Of a DNA stretch of 64,000 nucleotides, positions 24,597 to 35,025 are shown in pieces. The notes under the pieces are model-generated. The model was not told where the DNA came from. It searched no databases and worked only from the letters and a program-made list of their open reading frames with translations. The translations under genes were made by a program, and so were the position numbers. Each line of letters begins with the position of its first letter. Position 1 is the stretch's first letter. Source of the DNA: Lama glama (lineage: Eukaryota); contig CM052816.1 of NCBI GenBank assembly GCA_028534125.1, positions 62,684,001-62,748,000 of the forward strand, read 5' to 3'.

Positions 24597-25570
24597 GATA
24601 ACCAGAAATAAGTTGAACAAAAGATGCACAAGATTTTACAAAGCCATTTGAAGTACCTTAGAAGACCTAAATAAATTGGGAGGCACTCCTTGTTCATTTA
24701 TAAACTTAATGTTGTAAAGATATATGTCCTTCCCAATTAATATATAAATGCAATGCCATTACAATCAAAATCAAAAGTGAAGTAGGACTTTTTTTTTTTT
24801 CAGATCGTGGTCATTTGGAGGAGTAAAGTGTCAAAGTAGCCTAGATAATTAGGAAGAATAAAGTGAGAAATAGGAGAGATGGTACTAGGTACCAAGACAT
24901 CCCCAAGCCTGTTAATCCCCAAAGCGTGATCTTGATGCAGGGATAGGGGATTGACCAATGTTGTCAAGATTTGAGAAGTAGGAGTTTAATTTTACTCAGT
25001 TATTTTGTAGAGACAGTTACAATACCTGGTAAGTTAAAGATGTGCCTACCCAAAACCCCAGAAATTCCACTTCTATCCCCGTCGCCAGGTGCCCGAGGAG
25101 AAATGTCCAATAATGTTCATGACAATATGGGTTTTAAAATACAGCAAAGTGTTAACATCTGGTAAAACCTAAGATATGGGTTTTATATGGTTATCTATTC
25201 TATTATTTTTAGTTGGAAGTATTTATAGTTTTTAATAAGCTTTTTTTTTTTTCTTGGAAGCAGGTCAGGGTCTGGGGAGAAGTGGGGCAAGAAAGATACC
25301 TTTTGTTATGGTGACTACTCTTCTGTTTCCTTTTTCAAATATTGTATTATCATATTACATACACACATAATGTATTACTTTGCTATAATATTAAGATCAA
25401 CATTTATAATTTGTATTTCTTCATTACTTTATTAACATATTCACGGTGAGTCAAGAGCTGGACTAATTGGCATTTAGAGAGCTACACAGGGCCTACGAAG
25501 GCTCGTAATTCTGAGTAGAGGGGCTGCTTATATACAGTATTGTTCTCATTTAAAAGCATGAATTTATTTT

Positions 25571-25805
25571 CTTCCAGTTTTATTGAGGTAAAACTGGCAT
25601 ACAGCATTGTGTAAATTTAAGGTGTACAGTATAATGATTATACATATATATATACACACAGACGTATACATATTGGGAAATGATTACAATGAGTTTAGTT
25701 AACATGTATTACCTCACAAAGTTACAATTCTTTTCTTGTGATGAGAACAGTTAAGATCTACTCACTGCAACTTTCTAACGTGCAGTATAGTGTTGTGAAC
25801 TATAG
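25571..25805 (-). mobile_element. LINE-1 3' end with a perfect 20-bp target-site duplication
   Basis: 'ccagttttattgaggta...tttaaggtgtacag...gatgagaacagttaagatctactc'. TAAAAGCATGAATTTATTTT occurs at 25551-25570 and 25828-25847. Confidence 0.9.
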
Positions 25806-26319
25806 AATGAATAACTCTAGCATGAACTAAAAGCATGAATTTATTTTAAAAATCGTAGAGTGGCAGAATTTCTAAAGAACATTCATAGCAGATGATCTTG
25901 AGAAATACAGTTCATTCGAGGTGAAGCAGAGGCCTTAGGCCCGGAAGCCAGTATGTTTATATTGAGTGTTCAATTTATAGCACATCTTTGTTTTTGAAGT
26001 TAGTACTGTTCTTGTTAAAAGAGAAAAATAGAACAAATCTATAGTCCCAGACTTTTTTAGGTGTATCAATTTTAGCTGTAGGTGGAACTATGAAGGGAGC
26101 AATTGTTAAAATGCACTGATGGTCGATGAGGAGGCTGAGCAAGGCAGTTAGGACTCACGTGGGTGAACTAGCTAATAACTGAAACCAAATCAGCCTCTGT
26201 TGGGATCAGCTTGTTTCTTCTAGAGCAATCAAACAAAAATTGAGTTAAACAAATGTGGTTGGATTCATGCTCTTAACAGAAAAATAGAAGCTGATGAAGT
26301 CATGGCTGTAATCTGTTGT

Positions 26320-26470
26320 TGAGGTTGAGAGTGTGGCTTCTGGAGTAAGAGCAGGAGGGCTTCATCTCTGGTTTTTCCACTTACTAGACAAGAGGGCCTG
26401 ATCCTAGCATTGAGGTTAAGGATTAAATTGGATAATGGGCATAAATTATTGTGCAGAGTGTGGTAAATTG
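26320..26470 (+). mobile_element. MIR fragment
   Basis: 'gagagtgtggcttctggagt...ccacttactag...gaggttaaggattaaatt'. Confidence 0.5.
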
Positions 26471-27399
26471 TTTCCTTTATGGAAATAAACTCTTTGAAAA
26501 GAAGACACACATGCTTAACCTGAACTGAGCTCATATATCCCAGAATTTTATTTTTTTTAATTTAGGTAAACCCAGAATGGGTAAAGAACTCTGGCACAGT
26601 GCACTCCCACTTAGCTGAGCTTTCTGTTTTGAATTTGGGAACACCTAAGAATTATGTGTGAGGGATGGGTTTGGATAGGAGCCCCCTAACTGTTCTCAGA
26701 ATGGAATTTTGTACTATTGTTTGCTTTTAGGGGAATGGTTTTTGCTTCTCTTTATCAAAGTGACAGCAAGTTTAATGTAAGGGAAGCAACTTTTCCCCCC
26801 ATTTGATACAATTAGTGAAGTGTTTGTGAAGAGAATCTAAGTATCTTAAGACAGTTATTACTCAGGACCTGCCTTTTGGGTCTGGCCATGTTTCCAAAGC
26901 AAAGCAGACAAAAGAGTAAGTAGGATTTTGCAGTCAGTTCTCTGCTATAGACCAGCAGCTTGAAAGTTATGTCCAGAGACTGCTTCAGTCAGAGCCAGGG
27001 CTCTGGGGTCATCCTGGGTTCGAATCACTGCCCTGCCAGCAGTTTAGAAAACTCTAGTGTTTCTGAATATAATTCAAGAGAAAACATTTAAAGTTCCTTA
27101 AATATTAAGGAATTAAGAATGTGTAAGATACCTTTTAAAAATCAGAGGACTGGAAGAGGGGGAAAGATGAAAAACAAATTAGAATCATCTCATTTGAATG
27201 AACAGTAATTTTTTTTCTGGATTTTATTGTTTTCAGTACTACAAACAATAAAATATTTTAACTACCTTGAGACCGAAAAAAAAAAAAAAAGGTCATGAGA
27301 TACTGGGCAGTATACCTCGGCCTAATTTTTCTTGTAAATGATACGGCAGATTGGGATCTTACCTCATTATTTTGTTGTGAAGTTTTAGTAAGTTAATAC

Positions 27400-27825
27400 A
27401 TGGAGAGGCAAGATGCTACAGGGATTTAGATCTGTGCTTCTGACAGGTTAGTGTATATACAAATCCCCTGTGGCTTTTGTTCAGATGAAGATCCTGACCC
27501 AGTGGATCTGGGGTGGGGCCTGTGGTTTTACATTTCAAACAGGCTCGCGGGGGGGCGGGGGTTGAAGCTGCTGCTCGACAGACCACATTTTGAGTGGCAG
27601 GGAGAGTAAACTGAATCCTGGCCATGCCTCTTGCTTGCTGTGGGATTTTATCCAAATGACTCAACCTCTCGGTGCCACAGTCACTTTATTTTAAAATGGA
27701 GATAATAATATTATCTACTGCAAAGGGTTGTTTGAGGTGTAAACTGTCCAACATTTATAAAGATTTAGACCAGTACCAAGTCACATGGTGGGCACCAGTG
27801 CACATTAGCTATTACTTTTATTGTT
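27400..27825 (+). mobile_element. MIR SINE split by a MER5 element
   Basis: 'gaatcctggcc...gactcaacctctcggtgccacagt...taaaatggagataataata...attagctattact'. Confidence 0.8.
27432..27602 (+). mobile_element. MER5-type hAT-Charlie MITE
   Basis: 'cagtggatctggggtggggcctg...catttcaaacaggctc...gctgctg...gaccacattttgagtggcag'. Confidence 0.8.
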
Positions 27826-27954
27826 GTTGGTCTCCTCCACCCTATTACCATATTTAAATAAAGAACACGTGTACCAGTCAGTAAAGGGATGTTGAGGATG
27901 TCAACTGGAACATTGTCCAGGAAGAATGTCGGCTGACACACCCGGTCTAGTCTG

Positions 27955-28248
27955 ATAGTACATTTACAGAGCTTACTAGATAGAAGACATGATTATAAAT
28001 GCTTAAATATATTAATAGGTGAAACAGAAAAGAGAAAAAGGCATTGACACAATATACTACCCTCCATACCTAAGACTGTACTCTGAAGATGAGTATTTTT
28101 TATTATCATATGTATTTTACATATGAGGAAACCAAGACATGTAGCTTAAGTAATAAAATCAAGCTCATATAACTTGATTAGTGGGAAAGTCAGGATTTGA
28201 ACAGTATCACTCTGGTTCCAAAGTCCATGCTCTTAAGCACTGTGACAC
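27955..28248 (-). mobile_element. MIR SINE
   Basis: 'attttacatatgaggaaaccaagac...caggatttgaac...tccaaagtccatgctcttaagcact'. Confidence 0.8.
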
Positions 28249-28480
28249 TTTTGGTTTGATATTATTTATCATTGTCTCCTGGACTTCACTCCTTTGTTTT
28301 TGTTACATGGTAGTTTTCTGATTGGTATTATATTTACCTTTAGACATACCCATGTTGAGAAAATAAACTAGGTAGTCAAGCTGAGTGTTTACCAGATGGC
28401 AGCTGTACTTCTGCCTTTAGAGACACACGTCTGTCCCCTTGGGCTTATTTAATCTGCACTTTTCTTGAATCAACTTTCAG

Positions 28481-28594
28481 GGCACCACAAACATTGACTT
28501 CCTGAGCCTGGAAGTCGTGGAACCAGATCCTGAATGCAGTCAGTTATTAAGTAATGAGGTCCCCTGGAAACAGCCGGAGAGCTTCTCTTCCTGA
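28481..28594 (+). other. Candidate alternative terminal exon (37 codons then stop), unassigned
   Basis: Acceptor 'cttttcttgaatcaactttcag|G', an open frame to TGA TGA, and AATAAA at 28790-28795. No protein recognised. Confidence 0.15.
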
Positions 28595-28849
28595 TGACTT
28601 GACCATTACACGTGCTTTTCTATCCAGTCTTCAGAAACATCACCAGTGATGGGCCCCTAAGGACAGTCAGCTCACCAGCCATTGAGCTGTGTTGGCTGAA
28701 ACTCAGCTTTCCTAAGCTCATAACAGCAAAAGTTACAAGGCAGACGGGTTAACAGGGACAAGGCTTTGGAAAGTCATATGAACTGAAGAAATAAAAATTC
28801 TCTGAAAACATACTTTACAAAATGGATTTGATTTTCGTACTGTAATATT

Positions 28850-29200
28850 TGAGTGATTAGAGGCCATCAGCAAATTGATTCTAGGAAGTTTTGGAGGGTT
28901 TGTAGTACTTCAGTAGGCATGAAAAATTGACCAGCCTCTCCATACTTGAGGTACCTTATTCAATATGGGACATTCCCAGCTGGTTCCACTATCAGATACT
29001 TTTAGCTATGAATCCTGATGTGTAGTTATTAACCTAGAGCAAGGGCCACTCTAGTGAGATGGACATTTCTCTTCTACTGACTTGAACTTTCATCTCAAAT
29101 ACCTGTTTCATTTCCTACCCCTTTGGATCAGCTGACCATATGCAAGGCTCAACATCTTCTATCCCTTTAGTTTAAGACATCTAGTTTCACAAGCAATAGA
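28850..29200 (-). mobile_element. Possible L3/CR1 relic
   Basis: 'gaggccatc...ccagcctctccatacttgaggtacc...atgggacattc' resembles a reverse CR1 3' end. Weak. Confidence 0.35.
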
Positions 29201-29295
29201 AAGAACCCACTCTGTCTCCTTTCTCTCTCCTGCCTGTAGTCTTCTGGATTTAGCATCTTAACTTCAAGGAGAAAATACGTTATTAAAAAAAAAAA

Positions 29296-29795
29296 NNNNN
29301 NNNNNNNNNNNNNNNNNNNNNNNNNNNNNNNNNNNNNNNNNNNNNNNNNNNNNNNNNNNNNNNNNNNNNNNNNNNNNNNNNNNNNNNNNNNNNNNNNNNN
29401 NNNNNNNNNNNNNNNNNNNNNNNNNNNNNNNNNNNNNNNNNNNNNNNNNNNNNNNNNNNNNNNNNNNNNNNNNNNNNNNNNNNNNNNNNNNNNNNNNNNN
29501 NNNNNNNNNNNNNNNNNNNNNNNNNNNNNNNNNNNNNNNNNNNNNNNNNNNNNNNNNNNNNNNNNNNNNNNNNNNNNNNNNNNNNNNNNNNNNNNNNNNN
29601 NNNNNNNNNNNNNNNNNNNNNNNNNNNNNNNNNNNNNNNNNNNNNNNNNNNNNNNNNNNNNNNNNNNNNNNNNNNNNNNNNNNNNNNNNNNNNNNNNNNN
29701 NNNNNNNNNNNNNNNNNNNNNNNNNNNNNNNNNNNNNNNNNNNNNNNNNNNNNNNNNNNNNNNNNNNNNNNNNNNNNNNNNNNNNNNNNNNNNNN
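29296..29795. other. Assembly gap (500 N)
   Basis: Run of n from 29296 to 29795, preceded by a poly-A. Confidence 1.
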
Positions 29796-30959
29796 GTGAC
29801 ACTACCTGAATTGCATAATCTATTTTTTATCCAAATTGGCCTATTTTGTGTCTGAAAAAGTCTTCATAGAATGCTTATTAAATGTCATAGTAAAATTTAA
29901 CACAGTAATGTCTTTAATAGAGTATAACCTATTGGACCAGACTGTGTCTGTCACAGTTTGACATCCTAGGTGTCCTTGAATTTGTAGTATAAGTTTGCAT
30001 TTCAGTAAAATGTCAGCTCTTTCTTGAGCTAAACTTGCCATGTTGTCCCTCTAAGTTGTTATGATTCTAATTATTCTTAATAGCTGTGTTTTTGCTTGAT
30101 ACCTCTGTCACACAATGTTAATTGAGTTTTAGCTCATCATTCATTTTTCATTTTTATGTTTCTTCTCTGGCAGTGAGTAGCACATAGAACTAATTTTAAT
30201 CTCAGGAAACATGTGCAGTAATAGGCTTTGCCTAGATTTTGACATGACCTAAAGTGGAAGAACCGCCAGTCGTATATGCTCCAGTTCTTGATATGTATTT
30301 TCTCTAGAGCGTGAACAAATGGAGAAGACAGCGAAGATTGGATTACTGTATCTCTGTCAGTTATCTATTGATTAGATAGTGTAGCCTGCTGTTTGGAGTG
30401 CCAAATATTGTCTGCCCCTTTCTGCAGCTGAACTGGTTAATGATCCTTATTATAAATCCCCAGATTCCTTTAATGAAATATTTAAATCCTACACACAGAA
30501 TATCGGGGCAACTGTCAACATGATTAAGACTAATCATGAGGACCGTTTCTAGCACAGTGAGTGTGTTAGGAGTCAATGGAATGAAGACTAGCCAGTGTTA
30601 TACTTTATTCTCAATATTCTCAATACTTGTTGGAAAGGGCACAGTGGTTTGAAGCAGTTCAATAATTTTTGGTATACTGCTATCCATGTTGATTTTCTCT
30701 CACACTTTTTTCCCTAAAAAAATGAATAATTGCATAGTAGTGTAAAAAACTGATGAAACAATAAACTATAAGTGATTTTAAAAAATCCAGCATTCCAATA
30801 GAAGTGTAAGAAGAAGGCATGACTAGGTAATTGCAGGGTCTTTTTCTGACGGGGAGGAGCTTTTCTTGTATACAGTTTCACAGCACTTTGTCTCACACTA
30901 TATATATAAGTGTAACTATACACTTCATGCAAGCACTTGTTTTAACATGTATCTCATAA

Positions 30960-31085
30960 CAGACTAATAGCTCCGTGAGATGCTCTCTCTTCCCCATTAT
31001 ATCCACAGTATCTGCCAGTGTCTGGGACATAGTAAGTGTTGAAAAACCAGTCAAAGGAAAATAAAGATACAAATAGTTAATGAAA
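30960..31085 (+). mobile_element. L2 3' end fragment
   Basis: 'gctccgtgag...tatatccacagtatctgccagtgtctgggacatagtaagtgtt'. Confidence 0.6.
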
Positions 31086-31089
31086 TATA

Positions 31090-31730
31090 ACAAGGAAAGA
31101 TCACACTTCACTTATATAAAACAAGTTAAGATAGAGACATTTTATTTATCCTATTGGCAAAGATAAAAAATGAAATACCTAATACATATGAAGGTTGTAG
31201 TGCAAGATTGCCATTCTCATTTCCTTTGGATCAATCTCAATGAATAATTTGAGCACAGCATATAAATTATAGTTATATAGCAATGATAAGGACTAACTGA
31301 TACACAAAATGGTTTTCTGACAGAAGAGAAGATATAAGTATACTGCAAAATGCTGTTAATTGCAATCTGGCAATTCTATCAATAGCATAAAAATGTTTGT
31401 ACATTAAACTCAGTACAAACATTCTAATTCTACAGATTTGCCTATAATATTCAAGGTAATATGATAAGCTCAAAACATGAGAAACAACCATAAAATCCAA
31501 CAAAAAGAGCAGTGATTATATATCTGTATGATATTATATAACATGTATCCTTAAAAGAGGGAAATTATATCAGATGGAAATTAATATCTGTAGAAAGGAA
31601 TGAAGAATACAAAAAGTAAATATGTAAGTAACTATAAAAAGCTACTTCTCTTAAATTATTTTAAAAGTTAATTGACAATTTAAAGCAAAAAATAACAATG
31701 TTCCATGGGGTTTATAGCATATATGGAAAT
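31090..31730 (+). mobile_element. Ancient L1 3' fragments
   Basis: 'attggcaaagataaaaaatga', 'gcaatctggcaattctatcaa', 'gacaatttaaagcaaaaaataacaatg...ggggtttatagcatatatggaa'. Confidence 0.6.
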
Positions 31731-34049
31731 CTGCTGTAAGTTTCAAATTTATTTAGTCAAGGACCTTCAACACAACAGAAGCAAAGTAACAGCACTGAGC
31801 TGCAGCCAATGGAGCATACCTGGAGGACTTCTCCCTGACTTTGGCTTCCTTACGAGGGCTCATAGCTGTTGGCTAGTAAAGAATTTTGCTCAAGGCAAGA
31901 GAAAGACTTATGTCACCATTCAGGAAAAACTTGTATTAAAAAAATATATACACTAATAAAACAATAAGGTCCTTCAAAGGGAGGCACCAAAATTGATGCT
32001 CAGGAGTCTCTGAACAATTTCTCTGCTTTCAGGTTTTCAGTGACTTGAAAAGCTTAACTCTTTCCAAGTTTAAATCGAGAGTAAATTCAACAGCATTTTA
32101 CTCAGCAGCATTTCTAGAACAACATGTGAAAATTGATAACTATAAACCATTCCTAAATAGACAGACCCCTATTTTGTGATCACTGCTCTATTTCTGAACC
32201 CCATTTTATGTTTTATTGTAAAATACAGTTACCTTGCCTCCTCTGTATCTCCCTTTAACTTTTTAAGAAAAAAAAAAACATAACCTTTTGTGCTATTCAC
32301 TTTGAACTCATGCTTATTTAGAATTTTAGCTTTTAGTTTCTCACATTGCCTTTAGTTTTTATAAATTTTGTAATCACATGAGAAACCTTAGCCTGCCAAC
32401 AAAATAAGGGGCTAAGTTAGTACATTGTGTGAACTGAACTCTCCTTGTAATTTCCTTGGTTGAGATTCAATAATGAACCTTCAGGTCATTTTCAAATGTG
32501 TTCTTAAAATTTAATTTCCTTTGCTTTTGACAGTAGCATAAAACTAAGATATCCCAGTTAAGTAAGGTCATTTTATTAGTACATTTTATGTGTTTTTTAG
32601 CTATAGTGAGCTACTTTGCAGGGCTTTGCAATGTGCTTAGCTTGAGTGTAGCCTGAGGACTAAAGTAGCTGTGAACAGCAGTGGTTTTTCAAGTGCTGCA
32701 GAGTGATGGAACCGTGGGCTGAGCCTGATTTTAATATTTTTATTTCTGCAACACAAAAATTCAAGACAATCATGGTAGATACATTCTGGCTAAAGCATAC
32801 AATTGTATTTTAATAAAGAAAAATGTCAATGCTATTACTTTAATCCTCATATAGTCAGTGAATTTTTCTGTGTACCTACTTTCAACTGCAGAACAAAAAT
32901 ATTCTATATGTAAACGTGTCATTGTTCCTTGTTAACCTCCAATTTAAAAAATCAAGAAAAATGATTTTCCTGAGAAGTTCTGAAATCCATACAATTCATC
33001 TTTGAATCACTAGTCATGCTATCAGTAGATTTCTTGAATTAAGAAGTGTTTTTTCCCATATCCAGTGGAAACAGAACATTTCAAGTATGTGATGATGGCA
33101 GAGTTGATGAGCATTTGCTTTTGCAATTTTAAAGACTCTTGCGCTCATTTCTTTTGGTATTTATTTGTTGGAGCCTAAGGAGTCAGGTCCTCAAAATATG
33201 TGGAGGAAGTGTTAAGACAACATGACCTACCTTGTCCTTTATTTCTTTGAATCAAGGACTGCTTAGCACCAAAACTGAAACTTTGGGGTTTTCTGTTTTT
33301 GCCTAGTGATCAACTATACTTGTCTGCTTTGATTTTTAAATCGCCTTGTCCTTCTGATTATTACATTTCCCCAATCAAGTCCAAGGTCAGCAGTCTTCAC
33401 TATGTAAGTCAGAAAAATTCCCATGATATCAGTGCCATGGGCAAAGCACTCAACACTGCCTTAACCTGTTTATCATGCACTCTAAGTAACCAAACAGAAA
33501 AATCTAATTTCCCATTGTAGGACCCACTAATAGATATCTGAAATTCAGCAGCTCTGCATCACCTTGTATGAATTCCTAGGATTGTATTCAGACTCTTTTC
33601 TGATTCAAGTCGAGTGACAAAATCCTGGTGTATAAATTTCTGTTACCTGCATCTGACAACAAACTCAGAATTCATTATAGAGTGCCAAACAAGAAAGATG
33701 AATAAATTCACAACATTACATTTATCCTCGGTGTAAAAGTTTAAGTGAGCTACTTGAACGTGGCAGTGCAGCTACTGGGTGAAATTCAGGTTAGTGTTGA
33801 TCCAGAAGGTCAGTCTCACGTGGACTCTGTATAAACTGCGTACATCAAGCCTAAAGAAACAAAGACTTAAGAGCCATGGTATCGGTTTTCAAGTGAATAA
33901 AGGACTTCCCCCTGAAAGAAGAGTTCAGTTTACTTTATTTTGCTTTAGAAGGTAGAACCATGCCCAATTGTGACAGGTTATTGGATGCTGAATTCAGCTT
34001 AAAAAAAAGTCCAAATAATTAGAGGTAGCCTACAAGCCTGCCTGGACCA

Positions 34050-34175
34050 GCAGTGAGTCTCTATTACTGAAAATATTTTAGAGTCTGAATGACAATCTGC
34101 CAGGGATGTTGGAAGGAGAACTCTTGATCTGGAAGGGAATTTGGATCTGTCACTTTTAAAGTTCATGCCAATACT
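34050..34175 (+). mobile_element. L3/CR1 3' end relic
   Basis: 'ctgaatgacaatctgccagggatgttggaaggagaa...ttggatctg...aaagttcatgccaa' follows the CR1 3' terminus. Confidence 0.6.
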
Positions 34176-34338
34176 GCTTATGTTATATTCACCCTGGAAT
34201 AAATAGACAGCACCATCTCATTCTTTTGTCTAATTTCCCTTTCGTCTACCATGGGATAATATACAGAGAAGGGAGAAAAGAAGCCCAAATTCACCTGTTA
34301 ATTACTAGTGGATAAACTTATTAGTGAACTCTCAAACT

Positions 34339-34367
34339 GTTTTTGTTTTTGTTTTTGTTTTTGTTTT
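34339..34367. repeat. (GTTTTT)n microsatellite
   Basis: Directly visible. Confidence 0.9.
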
Positions 34368-34789
34368 TCTGCCATACTATTACTTAGCTGCTTCTGGGAC
34401 CATCTTTTCATGAATACGATTCCCAGATTCTCTCATGCAAATTTCACCTGGCTATTCCTTAATTCCTTTCTGAGATCATGAGTATTTATTTTTCTGCCAG
34501 TCTTACTTACTATTACTGTTGGTCATCTGAGAGTGTGAAGTTAGAAACTTCTGTTTTCATTTATGTAAAAAAAAATTGCTTTTCAGTGAAGCAGACTATG
34601 TTTGACTTCTCAGCAATATCAATGCCGTCAAGTTCAAGGCGAGGGATGGAAAGTTGCGTACTTAAGACCCAGCATCAAATGGGCCAAAGAAAAGTGATCA
34701 CAGAATTTTCTCATTAAATATATCCCTAATCCAACACTTTTCAAAATAGGTTTCCACAGTCAAATAAGCTTGAGAAATATTTATAACAC

Positions 34790-35025
34790 TAATATTTAAG
34801 ATTTACTGAGCATATACTAAGTGTACATATGAATCAGGTTTAGAGTTTTTTATATGTACATTGTATCATTTAATTCTCAATTTTCCTGTGAAGCAAAAAT
34901 TATTGTTGCCCTTATGTCATAGATGAAGAATCTGAGGCATAGAAGGTCAAGTAACTTGCCACTTTGCAGGCACTGAATGGAAGTGCCAGGAATCCAGCCG
35001 AGCACATGTAACCCTACGTCCTCAC
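34790..35025 (-). mobile_element. MIR SINE
   Basis: 'atagatgaagaatctgaggcatagaaggtcaagtaacttgcc'. Confidence 0.8.

Larger units (their letters stand above)
22600..25240 (+). mobile_element. Ancient L1 (L1M/L1ME-like) fragments, interrupted by MER94 and an MLT1 LTR
   Basis: A-rich decayed ORF2 text: 'aatccattaatgtaattcat', 'aaaagcatttggtgaattt', 'agaagacctaaataaattgg', 'aaatgcaatgccattacaatcaaaatc'. Confidence 0.7.

Noticed and set aside
29167..29802. 211-aa ORF in the track
   Set aside because: It is an artefact of translating through the 500-N gap.
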